The notes: generated by a model not told the origin, from the letters alone. Positions 1-10,975 are shown, counted from the stretch's first letter. The stretch: DNA of 64,000 nucleotides from an uncultured Rhodobacterales bacterium (GCA_964590405.1 CAZPXZ010000004.1:23544-87543), one strand, 5' to 3'. A program made the numbers and translations.

Positions 1-99
1 GGCCCCTGGCGATGGAGACGTCGCTAGATCGGACGACCGTGCTGATCCGGAGGAGTAACGGCAGACCGAACGATGAGGTGACTTCTGCAGCGCACTCAT

Positions 100-1206
100 C
101 TAGCCAGCATGAAAGTGCTTTGCCAGTTGGAGACGTTGTCCCTGGTAACTCGATCCGAGCGCCTGTCCATAGATTTCTTCTGGCTTCTCCAGCATTTCCT
201 CGAACACCAGCCGACCGACGGTCTGCCCGTGTCGCAGCGCAAACGGTGTCTCGTGGCAACGAACTTCCAGTACACTGCGTGCACCGGCATTGTTCTGCAG
301 ACCAAATCCGAACCCGGGATCGAAGAAACCTGCGTAGTGAACGCGGAATTCGCCGACGAACGGAAGATACGGGTTCATTTCCGCAGCATATCCCGGCGGG
401 ATCCGGACCGATTCCTGCGACATCAGGATGTAGAACGCGCCTGGATCAAGGATAATCTCTCCGTTTCGTGCGTGGACCGGGTCCCAGAAGTCGGAGGCGC
501 GGTACGCATCGGTCCGGTCAATATCGATCAGGCCACAATGGCGCTTGGCCCTCCAACCAACCGGCTCGGAGCCGGTGGAAAGGAGGTCGACACTGAACCT
601 GAGCCCCTCGTGATCGATGTTGGCGCTGTCTTCACCGACCACGGATGCGTTGGAATTCAGTGCGCGCAATGCCTGTCCCGACATGGTCGGGCGTCCTCGG
701 CAGAAGCGGATCTGGTTCAGCCTGGATCCGGTACGCACGAGCAGACTGAAGGTTCGGGGGCTGATTTCCGCATAAACCGGTCCGGAATAGCCGGCCGGCA
801 CGCGATCGAACTCCGAACTGTTGTCCACGATAAGCCGGGTAAACGTGTCAAGGCGCCCAGTCGAACTCTTCGCATTTGCGATGCCAGAGATGTCCTCGGG
901 TAGCGCAAGTCGCTCCTGCTGGAGGGCCACGTAGACGCATCCCGTCTCCAGCGCGGCTCCGTGAGCGAGATCGATCTCGTGCATTGCGAGATCCTTCAAC
1001 CGGTCCGCAACCCGTGCGCCGACACCAGGCAGGAAGCTTGCTCTTACGCGCCAAGCCCTGCTGGCAAGCCGCAGGTCCAGGCTTGCGGGCTGAACCTGCC
1101 GCTCCTCCAGCGGCAACTCTGCTTCCAGCGCTCCAGATTCCGCAAGGTGCCGTATCCGTTGCGATGGCAATATGCCTTGCGAGTCACCCACGACCAATTG
1201 GTTCAT
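100..1206 (-). CDS. dcd: 2'-deoxycytidine 5'-triphosphate deaminase family protein (long ~370-aa form)
   Basis: Complete 368-aa ORF. Carries dCTP-deaminase-like motifs AKSSTGRLD and HYAGFFDPGFGFG. Length matches the long alphaproteobacterial DCD family as I recall it. Confidence 0.7.
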   Translation of the reverse strand: MNQLVVGDSQGILPSQRIRHLAESGALEAELPLEERQVQPASLDLRLASRAWRVRASFLPGVGARVADRLKDLAMHEIDLAHGAALETGCVYVALQQERLALPEDISGIANAKSSTGRLDTFTRLIVDNSSEFDRVPAGYSGPVYAEISPRTFSLLVRTGSRLNQIRFCRGRPTMSGQALRALNSNASVVGEDSANIDHEGLRFSVDLLSTGSEPVGWRAKRHCGLIDIDRTDAYRASDFWDPVHARNGEIILDPGAFYILMSQESVRIPPGYAAEMNPYLPFVGEFRVHYAGFFDPGFGFGLQNNAGARSVLEVRCHETPFALRHGQTVGRLVFEEMLEKPEEIYGQALGSSYQGQRLQLAKHFHAG

Positions 1207-1258
1207 ATGGCGACAGCCTTCGAAACATCCGTCGGGGGTTCGACCGGATCCTGTTGAT

Positions 1259-1335
1259 TGGTCGGGCCGGCGGGATTCGAACCCGCGACCTCATGCGCCC
1301 CATGCATGCGCGCTACCAGGCTGCGCTACGGCCCG
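1259..1335 (-). tRNA. tRNA-Pro (anticodon GGG)
   Basis: Hand-folded 77-nt cloverleaf on the minus strand. Acceptor CGGGCCG/CGGCCCG, D arm GCGC-AGCCTGGTA-GCGC, anticodon stem CATGC/GCATG with loop AUGGGGC (GGG, G37). T arm GCGGG-TTCGAAT-CCCGC, discriminator A, encoded CCA. Confidence 0.9.
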
Positions 1336-1472
1336 ACGGGGAGAAACTACGGCGGTGCGACCGTAAAGGCAACCACCAGCGACCGCACGCAACCATCTGT
1401 TCCGGCCAAGGTGGGCGTCCGCACCCAAGTGGGGCGTGGCGCGATTTCCACGGTCCCGGCAACCGGTGCGGC

Positions 1473-1889
1473 CTACGCGTCGCCCTTCGCCTGTCCGACA
1501 TCTGTCGCGCTGCCGGGTTCCCTGCCTTCGGATCGGAGACCTCGAGCACACGCCCGCAGCGACTCGGCGGCAGCAAGGAGCGTGTCCCGATGTGCCGAAG
1601 CCGGAGAGCGGGCGCCTCTGTCCGAGAGTTCTGACGCTGCGGCGACGCCGTGCTCGCGGAGGTAGCGATTCACGCCACGGATGGTCAGTCCATCTCTGCG
1701 GATGAGGAGTTGGATACCTTTCAGAAGCTGGATATCCGATTCGCGATAGTACCGACGCCCGCCCGCGCGCTTCACTGGTCGAAGGAGCGCGATATTGCGT
1801 TCCCAGAAACGCAACACGTGCTGGGGCTCTCCAATGAGCTTGCTTGCCTCGCGGATGGATAGGAAGGTCCGAGGCGCTGTCGAGTTCAA
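1473..1889 (-). CDS. MerR family transcriptional regulator
   Basis: 138-aa ORF. N-terminal MerR-type HTH (FLSIREASKLIGEPQHVLRFWERNIALLRPVKRAGGRRYYRESDIQLL). Sits directly downstream of ihfA, an arrangement I recall as conserved in alphaproteobacteria. Confidence 0.75.
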   Translation of the reverse strand: MNSTAPRTFLSIREASKLIGEPQHVLRFWERNIALLRPVKRAGGRRYYRESDIQLLKGIQLLIRRDGLTIRGVNRYLREHGVAAASELSDRGARSPASAHRDTLLAAAESLRACARGLRSEGREPGSATDVGQAKGDA

Positions 1890-1907
1890 GGCCGGTCGAC
1901 CCGGGCG

Positions 1908-2216
1908 TTAGCTGCGCCCGACCCTCTTTCGCAAGACGGGAGAAGGCCGAAGTACAACTGTAGTCCGTTCAGGCACAGTCGCGGCCTCGCCGGTCTTCGG
2001 ATTGCGCGCCTGGCGTTCGGCTCTGCGGACCACGCGGAATGCGCCAAATCCGCTCAGGCGAACATCCTCGCCAGCCGCGAGCCTGTCGCAAATTGTTTGC
2101 AACGCGTCCGCGATGATTCTCGCTGTGTCGGAGTGGCCCAAGCCGATGTTTCGGCTGACATTGCGGGTTATTTCCAACCGGGTTACGTTTCTGTGCATTG
2201 TTGTTCTTGCGTCCAT
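1908..2216 (-). CDS. ihfA: integration host factor subunit alpha (HU/IHF family)
   Basis: 102-aa ORF with the IHF/HU signature LSGFGAFRVVRRAERQARNPKTGEAATVPERTTVVLRPSPVLRKRV. The start could instead be the ATG at 2198; no clear SD for either. Confidence 0.85.
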   Translation of the reverse strand: MDARTTMHRNVTRLEITRNVSRNIGLGHSDTARIIADALQTICDRLAAGEDVRLSGFGAFRVVRRAERQARNPKTGEAATVPERTTVVLRPSPVLRKRVGRS

Positions 2217-3069
2217 AACGATCTGCGCGCCCGAGGCCTACGATACCTGTCAAGGCGTTGCAGACCTGAATACCAAGAGGAAGCACCAGGCCGGACAGCC
2301 AGCGGCAAACGCTTGTTTCCTTGACAATAGTTGCGGCAGCGAAGAGGGTCAAGCCAAAGAGTTGAGATCTGTTGTGAAACGGTGAGAGTGCGCGCGAGTC
2401 CTGGGGTATGGCGCTTGCCGCAACGGGGAGTCGGACGCCTCGCGAATCGGGAGGGCGAATCGCCATTCCGTATCGACCGCCTGCAACCGTCAGTTCCTTC
2501 CCGGGCTGCCTGTACCATTTTCCCTTTCACGTTTATGGTCGGACTGGGAATCGTTTGTGCAGCCAAATAGATAGAGCATTCTCAGGAAAGCACTGAAACG
2601 AGTTCTCAGCCTCTTGGAAGGTGTTGCCTGGCCAGACCGATCGGTTCTGTCGACTCGGGATTGCGAATTCGGCCCGGCAGCGTGAAGGTGCCAGGAAATC
2701 AGTTCGTTGTTCCATTTCGCAGGACTTCGCGATTGAGCCGCCACGTGGGCGATCGGCATCGCAGAGTTTGTCTCGCCAATCTGTTGCTCGCAAACCACAC
2801 AGTCCTAATGACATGTAATGCGGAGAATCCTCCCATGTATACGAGAGCATGGAGATGCATGCTGCGGGAGTGCCCTCCTGTCGCGAGACCACGGAGGAGG
2901 TCCTGTAGTTTGCGCTTGCGATTCGTCGTTGGTTCGCTACGATTTCTGCACGCCGCGCTAGCGGCCTCGGTTATGCTGGCAATTGATTGAGAGGCCGCCG
3001 ACGGAACTTGACCATAAGGTCGTCGATTCGAGCTGGCGCGCACTCGAGCTTCAGGTGGGAGGATGATTT

Positions 3070-3600
3070 ATGATGCGAAGCAGCTTGGCCATCTGCGCTG
3101 TCGCCCTGGTCTTCGGGCTGGCGGCATGCTCTGACGTGGAAGAGGAAATTGTGGATACTGCCGCGACGGACGCGGAGAGTAGTTCTACAGTGGTGGAATC
3201 GACTGGCGATGATCCCGCACTGCCACCGATGGATTCCAGGGCATATTTTGACCAGGTCGTCGGTGACCGGGTGTTCTTCGAGTTCGATAAGTCAGATCTC
3301 AGCGCCGAAGCGCAGGCAACACTGTTCAATCAGGCGGAATGGCTGAACCAGAACCCGAATGCCGTGTTGATCGTCGAAGGACATTGCGACGAGCGAGGCA
3401 CGCGCGAGTACAACCTTGCCCTTGGAGAGCGGCGAGCCGAAGCCGTCAGGGCATTCCTTGTTGGCGCGGGGGTGGACGAGTCCAGACTACAGACAGTGAG
3501 CTATGGCAAGGAACGTCCGGTCGCTGTCTGCTCGGATGAGTCCTGCTGGTCACAGAATCGTCGCGGAGTCTCGGTTGTCTCCGGTGTGCCGGTGAGTTGA
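3070..3600 (+). CDS. pal: peptidoglycan-associated lipoprotein Pal (OmpA-like)
   Basis: 176 aa. Signal peptide plus lipobox (VFGLAAC). OmpA-like C-terminus (VEGHCDERGTREYNLALGERRAEAVRAFLV ... SYGKERP). SD GGGAGGA upstream of the ATG. Confidence 0.9.
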   Translation: MMRSSLAICAVALVFGLAACSDVEEEIVDTAATDAESSSTVVESTGDDPALPPMDSRAYFDQVVGDRVFFEFDKSDLSAEAQATLFNQAEWLNQNPNAVLIVEGHCDERGTREYNLALGERRAEAVRAFLVGAGVDESRLQTVSYGKERPVAVCSDESCWSQNRRGVSVVSGVPVS

Positions 3601-3689
3601 CCCAATCCGTCAAGGTGCGCTCCCGGGCGGCGTCAGGATGATCGTCGGCCGGTGAGTTGCCGGGCTTGAGGAGAAATGCGCCGGAAGTG

Positions 3690-4586
3690 ATGCGAAGACT
3701 TCGAACAGCGTCGCAGCTCGTGGTCGTTGCCGCGTTGCTTCTCGCTAGCACGGCGGGCACGGCTCTTGCGCAATCCGATGCGGACACCTTGGCGCGGAGA
3801 ATGCAGGCCCTGCAAATCGAGTTGACAAACCGTTTGGCGGCGATCGAGCAATCCATCCGATTCGTGATGGACCTGACGGAGCGGATTCAGCGCGATCAGA
3901 GGGAGTCGGCAGAAGAAATCCAGGGACTGGTAAACGAGATTCGCTTCCAGTTGGCGGAACTGCGCTCCCAACTTCCTGCCGGAGCGGTCGGTACCGGCTC
4001 CGGGTTTGCCGAAGGGCCTGGGCCGGCAACCGGGGAGGGGTCTCTGGGAGTCATTCGTGTTCCAGCCGACGCCTTGGACGAACAGCAGTCTGATGCTGGA
4101 ATATCGGCTCCGGCAGACCCACAGGCAGAACAGATCACTGCCTTGTTGGACGCTATCGGCGGTCTGGATGGCGGCGGCGGTGCGGCGACGGAGGATGTGT
4201 CCCCCGACGAGCTCTTTGATCAGGCGCGTCAGCTTCTGCGGGATGGGTATGTGAATGATGCTTCCGAGCAATTCAAGCAGTTCGTACAGTCCCATCCGGA
4301 CGACCCGCGGATTCCGGATGCGTATTACTGGATCGGCGAGGCACACTTTGCGATGAATCGCTTTCGCGCTGCGGCTGAGGCGCACTACAAGGTGGTGCAG
4401 GAGTTCAGCCAGTCGCAGCGCGCTCCGGATAGCCTGCTGCGGTTGGGGATGATTTTCCGCCGTCAGGGAAGCGATGAAAATGCCTGTAAGGCACTGAGGT
4501 CGCTCGGCGATGTCTATCCCGATGCAGATGAACGCCTGAAGGCGCGTGCCGAAAAGGAAGCGCGCGATGCAGGGTGCGGGGTCTAG
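3690..4586 (+). CDS. cpoB: Tol-Pal system protein CpoB/YbgF (coiled coil + TPR)
   Basis: ORF 3657-4586. Sec signal MRRLRTASQLVVVAALLLASTAGTALAQ, then a coiled-coil stretch and a C-terminal TPR-like region (YYWIGEAHFAMNRF...LLRLGMIF). Lies directly after pal. Start is uncertain: TTG 3657, GTG 3687 or ATG 3690. Confidence 0.8.
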   Translation: MRRLRTASQLVVVAALLLASTAGTALAQSDADTLARRMQALQIELTNRLAAIEQSIRFVMDLTERIQRDQRESAEEIQGLVNEIRFQLAELRSQLPAGAVGTGSGFAEGPGPATGEGSLGVIRVPADALDEQQSDAGISAPADPQAEQITALLDAIGGLDGGGGAATEDVSPDELFDQARQLLRDGYVNDASEQFKQFVQSHPDDPRIPDAYYWIGEAHFAMNRFRAAAEAHYKVVQEFSQSQRAPDSLLRLGMIFRRQGSDENACKALRSLGDVYPDADERLKARAEKEARDAGCGV

Positions 4587-4619
4587 GCGCGGATACACGG
4601 CTTTCAACTGAAGGCTTCA

Positions 4620-5867
4620 ATGAACTTCAATGAACTCGTTGCCCCCTTCCGCCTGCCGGAGAGGGTCGTAATCGGAGTCTCCGGCGGAGGCGACAGCACT
4701 GCGCTGCTGGTGCTGGCGACAGACTGGGCACGGAATTCCGGGCGGGAGATTGTTGCCGGAACTGTCAATCACGGCATTCGCCCGGAATCCCGGCTGGAAT
4801 GTGAACATGTGGCGAGATTATGCAGTTCACTGAACGTGGTACACCGGACTCTCGAGGTCACGCAGGAGGCACCCGGGACCGGACTTCAGGAATGGGCACG
4901 CGTGCAGCGATTCAGTTTGCTGGCGGGCCTGTCGACCGACGTTGGCGGCGTACCGGTAATGCTTGCTCACACCCAGGACGACCAGGCCGAAACGGTACTG
5001 ATGCGCCTGTTGCGCGGAGCCGGTGTTGACGGTCTGGCAGCGATGCGCGCGGATACTTGGCACGGTGAACTGCGAATCATCCGGCCGCTGCTGGGAGTTA
5101 CGGGCATCCGCCTGCGGGAGATGTTGCGGGAACGCGGTCAGTGCTGGATCGAGGATCCATCGAACACCGATCCCCGGTTTGAAAGAGTGCGGCTGCGAAA
5201 GGCCATGCGGGGGCTCGGACTTGATTCCGTCGCCCTGGCGCGTACCGCATCGGCAATGGGGCGTGCTCGGCATGCCCTGGAGGCTGAGGCCGGGCGATTG
5301 CTGGAGCAATATGCTTCGCGGGGCGCTCTCGGCGAAGTTGTCCTTGATCTTCGTGGCCTTTCGGAGACTGAGGAGGAATATGCCGTTCGGGCGTTTGCGC
5401 GCCTGCTTCGCATTGTCGCGGGCCGTCGCACGATCCGATTTCGGCACAAGAGGCTGCTGGATACGGTTCGGTGGGCCCTCGCTCCGAAAGCGCAACCCTC
5501 CGGATGTACACTTGCCGGGTGCATTCTGAAGAGGGCTTCGGGTCACCGACTCCTGGTCGCGCGCGAGCCGGCGATGTGTGATCCACCAATCCCGCTATGC
5601 AAGGGGCAGGAGGTCGTCTGGGACCAGAGATGGCGGGTCCGGTTTGATGGCTCCGGCTTTGCGGAGGTCGGGGCTCTGGGATACTCTGGGGCGCGAGACA
5701 TTGCTGGCTGCGCAGCGCACTGGCGTCAGAGCCCGGCATTGGTCCGGGCTTCGGTGCCTGCGTTCCGCCGTGATGGTCGGATTGCCGCGATTCCATCGGT
5801 CGAATATTGGCTTGACGGCAATTCTGCGCTCGCCGGCGCGGAATTGGTCGGAACTTGGGCTGGATGA
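4620..5867 (+). CDS. tilS: tRNA(Ile)-lysidine synthase
   Basis: 415 aa. PP-loop motif [14 protein letters not shown] near the N-terminus. Conserved position between cpoB and ftsH. Confidence 0.85.
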   Translation: MNFNELVAPFRLPERVVIGVSGGGDSTALLVLATDWARNSGREIVAGTVNHGIRPESRLECEHVARLCSSLNVVHRTLEVTQEAPGTGLQEWARVQRFSLLAGLSTDVGGVPVMLAHTQDDQAETVLMRLLRGAGVDGLAAMRADTWHGELRIIRPLLGVTGIRLREMLRERGQCWIEDPSNTDPRFERVRLRKAMRGLGLDSVALARTASAMGRARHALEAEAGRLLEQYASRGALGEVVLDLRGLSETEEEYAVRAFARLLRIVAGRRTIRFRHKRLLDTVRWALAPKAQPSGCTLAGCILKRASGHRLLVAREPAMCDPPIPLCKGQEVVWDQRWRVRFDGSGFAEVGALGYSGARDIAGCAAHWRQSPALVRASVPAFRRDGRIAAIPSVEYWLDGNSALAGAELVGTWAG

Positions 5868-5970
5868 TCCTGCTTGTGTTACCGGGCTTGCACGCCTACA
5901 TGAAGGACAGGTCTGGAGAATTCGGCGAGACGGTCTGGTTTGTGCCTGCGGCCGAACCGAGGAGGACGGG

Positions 5971-7896
5971 TTGAAGAATTTGAGAAGCGTCCTGCTCTGG
6001 GGCGTAATGATCCTTGTACTCGTGGCGTTGTTCAACCTCTTTCGCGAGCGAACCGCTGGCGAGAACGCCCTGCGCATTCCCTATTCTGCATTCGTGGAGT
6101 CGGTTGATACGGCTACGATTCGCGATGCGGTGATCGATGGCGAGCGAATATCGGGGCACATGCGAACGGGGCAACCCTATGTGACCTATCGTCCCGGTGG
6201 CACGGACATCGTGAACCGCCTGGTCGACAGCGGTGCCACAGTGGAGGTGGAGCCGGAGGATTCCGGGGGAATCTGGTCGACACTTGGTTTCTGGCTTCCG
6301 ATGCTGGTGCTGTTGGCCGTCTGGATCTTTTTCTTCAGCCGCATGCCGCAGGGCGGAAGGAATCCGTTGAATTTCGGCCGGAGCCGGGCACGGATGCTGA
6401 CAGAGAAGACTGGCACGGTCACCTTTGAGGATGTTGCGGGTATCGACGAGGCCAAGGACGAACTCGAAGAGATTGTGGAGTTTCTCCGCAATCCGCAGCA
6501 CTATTCCCGGCTCGGCGGAAAGATACCCAAGGGTGCACTCCTGATTGGTCCTCCGGGAACCGGAAAGACACTGCTGGCACGTGCGATTGCCGGCGAGGCT
6601 GGGGTACCGTTCTTCACCATCTCCGGTTCTGATTTTGTTGAGATGTTCGTCGGCGTGGGTGCGAGTCGGGTGCGCGACATGTTCGAGCAGGCGAAGAAGA
6701 ACGCGCCTTGTATCGTGTTCATTGACGAAATCGACGCGGTCGGACGTCATCGCGGCGTCGGATATGGCGGAGGCAACGATGAGCGGGAACAGACTCTGAA
6801 TCAGCTTCTCGTCGAGATGGACGGTTTCGAATCCAATGAAGGTGTCATCCTCATCGCAGCCACGAACAGGCCAGATGTCCTGGATCCGGCTCTCCTCCGG
6901 CCAGGACGCTTTGACAGGCAGGTGACGGTTCCCAATCCCGACGTTACGGGTCGAGAGAAGATACTGCGCGTACATGCCCGGGAAATACCGCTCGCCCCTG
7001 ATGTTTTGTTGCGTACTATTGCGCGGGGCACGCCGGGATTCTCGGGAGCGGACCTGGCAAACCTGGTCAACGAAGCGGCATTGCTCGCCGCCCGCCTCGG
7101 CAAACGCTTGGTAACAATGGAGGATTTCGAGAACGCCAAGGATCGGGTGATGATGGGTACGGAACGTAGATCCTTGGTCATGACCGAGGAGGAGCGCCGA
7201 TTGACCGCCTTTCATGAGGCGGGGCATGCCATCGTCGGCCTGAACGTGCCGGCTCACGATCCCATTCACAAGGCGACGATCATCCCCCGTGGGCGGGCGC
7301 TTGGTCTGGTGCTTTCGCTTCCGGAGCGCGATCATCTTTCTATGACGAGACAGCAGCTTGAGTCAAAGATTGCAATGGCAATGGGGGGCCGCGTGGCAGA
7401 GGAACTCGTTTTCGATGCCGATTCGGTAACCAGCGGGGCGGCATCGGATATCCAGCAGGTAACCCGAATAGCGAGAGCGATGGTTACCCAGTTCGGAATG
7501 TCGGAACTGCTCGGTACCATTGATTACGCGGAGGATCGTGACACTTTCCTGGGCGTACAGCGGGGAATTTCTCCGATCTCTCCGGAGACCCAACGGGTGG
7601 TGGACGAGGAGATCCGGCGGCTGGTCGACGATGGGCACCGGACGGCAATGGATGTCCTGAAGGAACGTCGGGACGACCTCGAACGACTGGCGATGGGTCT
7701 GCTCGAATACGAAACGCTCACCGGTGAGGAAATTCAGAAGGTGATCGCGGGCGAGAAACTCGACCGAGGGGATGACGATAGCGGGTCCGATGAGGAGGGA
7801 GCCAAGCCGACCGTCGCATCGGTGCCGAAGAGCCGGCGCCGCCGGAGCACCAAAGACGGGCTGGAAGGTACCGCTCCCGAACCGCAGGGGGGGTAG
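5971..7896 (+). CDS. ftsH: ATP-dependent zinc metalloprotease FtsH
   Basis: N-terminal TM segment, AAA+ Walker A GPPGTGKT, Walker [12 protein letters not shown], zinc site HEAGHA. The ORF is open from 5578 but overlaps tilS. TTG at 5971 follows GGAGGA and gives a typical ~641-aa FtsH starting (M)KNLRSVLLW. Confidence 0.95.
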   Translation: MKNLRSVLLWGVMILVLVALFNLFRERTAGENALRIPYSAFVESVDTATIRDAVIDGERISGHMRTGQPYVTYRPGGTDIVNRLVDSGATVEVEPEDSGGIWSTLGFWLPMLVLLAVWIFFFSRMPQGGRNPLNFGRSRARMLTEKTGTVTFEDVAGIDEAKDELEEIVEFLRNPQHYSRLGGKIPKGALLIGPPGTGKTLLARAIAGEAGVPFFTISGSDFVEMFVGVGASRVRDMFEQAKKNAPCIVFIDEIDAVGRHRGVGYGGGNDEREQTLNQLLVEMDGFESNEGVILIAATNRPDVLDPALLRPGRFDRQVTVPNPDVTGREKILRVHAREIPLAPDVLLRTIARGTPGFSGADLANLVNEAALLAARLGKRLVTMEDFENAKDRVMMGTERRSLVMTEEERRLTAFHEAGHAIVGLNVPAHDPIHKATIIPRGRALGLVLSLPERDHLSMTRQQLESKIAMAMGGRVAEELVFDADSVTSGAASDIQQVTRIARAMVTQFGMSELLGTIDYAEDRDTFLGVQRGISPISPETQRVVDEEIRRLVDDGHRTAMDVLKERRDDLERLAMGLLEYETLTGEEIQKVIAGEKLDRGDDDSGSDEEGAKPTVASVPKSRRRRSTKDGLEGTAPEPQGG

Positions 7897-7923
7897 AACG
7901 AAACGATACGGCCTCGTTCAGGA

Positions 7924-8991
7924 ATGGCCTCCTTTTTCCTGCCCATTGCCGAACTCGATTTGGCCACGGAGTCGGTTGCCGTTCGTGCCAACCAAGGGAA
8001 CCGTCTTCCGCTCGCTGGAGGGGTAGTCGGTTTTCGTGCCGTACGCTTGGTGCATCGGGACCGCGGAGGCGGCATTCGATTGGGTCCACTCCAGGATGCC
8101 GCTGGCTTGCACGACCCGGACTGGCTGCGAATTCGTCCAAGCATTGTGTCCGAACGGCAGCCCTTTTGCGGTGTTCCTCCGGGCCGGCCTGCCCTGATGG
8201 GCATTGTCAACATTACACCCGACAGCTTTTCGGACGGTGGGTTGAATTTCAGTCCGGAGGCCGCGGCACTGCACGGCAGGCGCTTGGTGGAGGGCGGAGC
8301 CGCGATTGTGGATTTCGGTGGCGAGTCGACCCGTCCTGGTGCTGCAGAGGTGTCTGAAGAGGAAGAGATACGGCGCGTGATCCCCGCGATCGAGCGATTT
8401 CGCGAGGCCTGTCCCGACGTACCTGTCTCGATCGATACACGGAAGGCAAGGGTTGCCAAGCGGGCGCTTGAGGCCGGTGCCGGCATCATCAACGATGTTT
8501 CGGGTCTGGCGCGGGATCCGGAAATGATCGGGGTTGCACTCGAACATGGAGCATTCGTCTGTGTGATGCATGCGCAGGGGGAGCCAGCCGACATGCAGCG
8601 CGACCCCCGCTATCGATCGGCGCTTCTTGATGTGTACGAGTGGCTCGAGGAACGGGTGGGTTGTTTGCGGGAAGCCGGCATTCCTTGCAGCCGGATTGCA
8701 GTCGATCCGGGGATCGGATTTGGCAAGACATTCTCGCACAACATGGAAATCCTTCGAGGACTTGCGCTGTTTCACGGGCTCGGGTGCGTCCTGCTTGTTG
8801 GCACCTCGCGGAAGCAGTTTCTCAGTAGATTTCCAGGAGGCGGTCCGGTACGGTCCCGGCTTCCCGGATCCGTCGCAGCAGCCCTGCATGCGGCGGCATC
8901 CGGAGCGCATATCATGCGCGTACACGATGTTTCTGAGACGGCGCAGGCACTTTGCCTCTGGCGCGTCCTGAACGGATACGGGATGGATTGA
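7924..8991 (+). CDS. folP: dihydropteroate synthase (possible ~90-aa N-terminal extension)
   Basis: DHPS core begins at [15 protein letters not shown] (ATG 8197), followed by [11 protein letters not shown] and the rest of a pterin-binding fold. The frame is open back to ATG 7924, so the true start is unresolved. Confidence 0.85.
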   Translation: MASFFLPIAELDLATESVAVRANQGNRLPLAGGVVGFRAVRLVHRDRGGGIRLGPLQDAAGLHDPDWLRIRPSIVSERQPFCGVPPGRPALMGIVNITPDSFSDGGLNFSPEAAALHGRRLVEGGAAIVDFGGESTRPGAAEVSEEEEIRRVIPAIERFREACPDVPVSIDTRKARVAKRALEAGAGIINDVSGLARDPEMIGVALEHGAFVCVMHAQGEPADMQRDPRYRSALLDVYEWLEERVGCLREAGIPCSRIAVDPGIGFGKTFSHNMEILRGLALFHGLGCVLLVGTSRKQFLSRFPGGGPVRSRLPGSVAAALHAAASGAHIMRVHDVSETAQALCLWRVLNGYGMD

Positions 8992-8992
8992 G

Positions 8993-10351
8993 ATGGCTGC
9001 CAGGCGGTACTTCGGGACAGACGGAATGCGTGGCCGGGCCAATCAATGGCCGATGACGGCGGAAGTTGCATTGCGGCTTGCGATGGCTGCCGGACGTTAC
9101 TTCCGAAGTGGAAAGGAGGGACGCCACCGGGTCATCATCGGCAAGGACACGCGGCGATCGAACTACATGATCGAGAATGCGCTTACTGCGGGGTTTGTTT
9201 CCGTCGGCATGGATGTATACGTGCTTGGCCCACTTCAGACACCGGGTGTCGCCATGCTGACGCGCACGCTGCGGGCGGATGTGGGCATCATGATCACTGC
9301 GTCGCATAATCCGCATTTTGACAACGGTATCAAGTTGATCGATGGCGAGGGGCGAAAGCTCTCCGACGAAGTGGAAGCGATGATTGAGGCTGAAATGGAG
9401 CAGCCTGTCGGACCGGGACTGGCAAGCCCGGAAGACATCGGCCATGTGCAACGTCTCGACGACGGTGCCGCACGTTACATCGAGTTCGCGAAGGCTACAT
9501 TTCCACGCAGTTTGCGCCTCGACGGCTTGAAGATCGTCCTGGATTGCGCAAATGGTGCCGCATACCGTACTGCGCCTTCCGTGTTCTGGGAACTTGGCGC
9601 CGAGGTTCTGGCAATCGGCGTGGAACCGAACGGCTTTAACATCAACGAGGGGTGCGGGTCGACAGTTCCCGAATCGGTCCGCCAGCGCGTGCTCTCGGAG
9701 GGAGCGGATGTCGGGATCGCCCTGGACGGAGATGCCGACAGGGTTGTTCTGATTGACGAGGCCGGCGCGATGATCGACGGAGATCAAATCCTGGCCAGCC
9801 TGGCAACGAGATTACAGGACCGTGGTGAACTTCAAGGTGGTGCGGTTGTCGCGACGCACATGTCCAATCTCGGTCTGGAACAGTATCTGGCGGGACGCGG
9901 CCTCCGGCTTGAGCGGGCCGAAGTTGGCGACCGCTACGTGATCGAGCGAATGATGGCGCTGGGCAGCAATCTCGGAGGCGAGCAGTCCGGGCACGTGATA
10001 CTCTCCGAATACGGTATGACTGGGGACGGCGTGATAGCCGCGTTGCAGGTATTGGCCGCGGTTGCGGAACTGGAGCGTCCGGTTAGTGAAGTTTGCGGCT
10101 TGCTGGAACCCTATCCGCAGGTTTCGAGAAGCGTTCCGGCTCTGAATGACGGTGTTCTGGAGGACGGCAGCGTATTGGAGGCAATTCGCGCGGTACGCAA
10201 ACGGTTACGCGGAGAGGGTCGGCTTCTCGTTCGGAAATCGGGCACGGAACCGGTGATTCGGGTCATGGCCGAGGGACGAGACGGCACGGCCCTGCCTGGC
10301 GCGGTAGACGAGGTTTGCGAGGCGATTGGCGGCGTCGCCCGACGTAGCTGA
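8993..10351 (+). CDS. glmM: phosphoglucosamine mutase
   Basis: 452 aa. [10 protein letters not shown]-terminus, phosphoserine loop TASHNP, Mg site DGDADR. ftsH-folP-glmM synteny. Confidence 0.95.
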   Translation: MAARRYFGTDGMRGRANQWPMTAEVALRLAMAAGRYFRSGKEGRHRVIIGKDTRRSNYMIENALTAGFVSVGMDVYVLGPLQTPGVAMLTRTLRADVGIMITASHNPHFDNGIKLIDGEGRKLSDEVEAMIEAEMEQPVGPGLASPEDIGHVQRLDDGAARYIEFAKATFPRSLRLDGLKIVLDCANGAAYRTAPSVFWELGAEVLAIGVEPNGFNINEGCGSTVPESVRQRVLSEGADVGIALDGDADRVVLIDEAGAMIDGDQILASLATRLQDRGELQGGAVVATHMSNLGLEQYLAGRGLRLERAEVGDRYVIERMMALGSNLGGEQSGHVILSEYGMTGDGVIAALQVLAAVAELERPVSEVCGLLEPYPQVSRSVPALNDGVLEDGSVLEAIRAVRKRLRGEGRLLVRKSGTEPVIRVMAEGRDGTALPGAVDEVCEAIGGVARRS

Positions 10352-10975
10352 AATTTGCTGGTCGACGAGGCCCTTCAAGCCGGCCAATAGGGCATCCACT
10401 TCCGTTGAACGGGGGAGGTAGACGGGTCGACCAAGTTCATTCAGAGGATTCTAGACTACGCCTGAGGCTGTCCAACCAACCTTTGCGGAGAGCGCGAAAT
10501 CGCGCTGTGGAACATGTTCAAGTCCCGCCGGACTGTTTTCCTCGGCCGAGCGACTGGCGCAATGCCGGGTGCGCGCCAGAGAAACGAATTCCTGCTTTCC
10601 CGTTTCGTGAATCCTGTCACGGGGGGGCTGTGAGCGCCGGCATTTTCTTCGTCAAGTCTCTTCCGGACGGCACATCGCAGGACTGTACGTGCCGTCGAAC
10701 CCGGAATCGAAGCCGCTCTCGGAGCATCCGGTGCCGAACCGGATGGGCGCGAGAACGCGGCGGGATCATACAAGGCTCTAGTCTGGCGGTGCTTGCTTGA
10801 AGGGAATACGGCAACGGATAAGTGGGTGTCTGGCGCTCCCTCGGCTTCCGTAGAGCGTTGAATGCAGGGGTGGAAGACATGCCGCACTGACTCTGGGCGG
10901 TACGCCGGGCGAGTCCGGGAAGAAAGATCGGCATGGAGGATGAACGGTACACAGGATCCGAATATTGCAGGTCCC

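Noticed and set aside
12-455. 147-aa plus-strand ORF at the window start.
   Set aside because: It is entirely antisense to the dcd gene and its composition is not protein-like.
1207-1472. tRNA-Pro as an integration site for a genomic island.
   Set aside because: Flanking genes are conserved housekeeping genes (dcd, merR-like, ihfA). No integrase and no direct repeat of the tRNA 3' end was seen.
5578-5970. N-terminal extensions offered by the ORF track for ftsH (5578). The same applies to glyQ (21185), glyS (22273), the aminotransferase (36340), dctP (62179), cvpA (19608) and others.
   Set aside because: The extensions overlap upstream genes or lack protein-like sequence. Internal starts with SD sequences reproduce the canonical N-termini of each family.
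5896-7335. 479-aa ORF antisense to ftsH. Similar long antisense ORFs occur at 7918-9042, 22630-24267, 25001-26404, 38853-39605, 41863-43935, 56492-57847 and 62194-63534.
   Set aside because: Each lies fully inside a confidently identified gene on the other strand. Their translations are R/P/S/G-rich and low in complexity. Such shadow ORFs are expected in high-GC DNA with strong third-position GC bias.
10352-10975. tmRNA, RNase P RNA or SRP RNA in the convergent gap.
   Set aside because: I found no ANDN-type tag codons, no GGAAAGUCCGGGC P4 box, no GGAAGCAGC SRP motif and no tRNA-like TPsiC arm with a CCA end on either strand. The region is kept only as an unassigned candidate.
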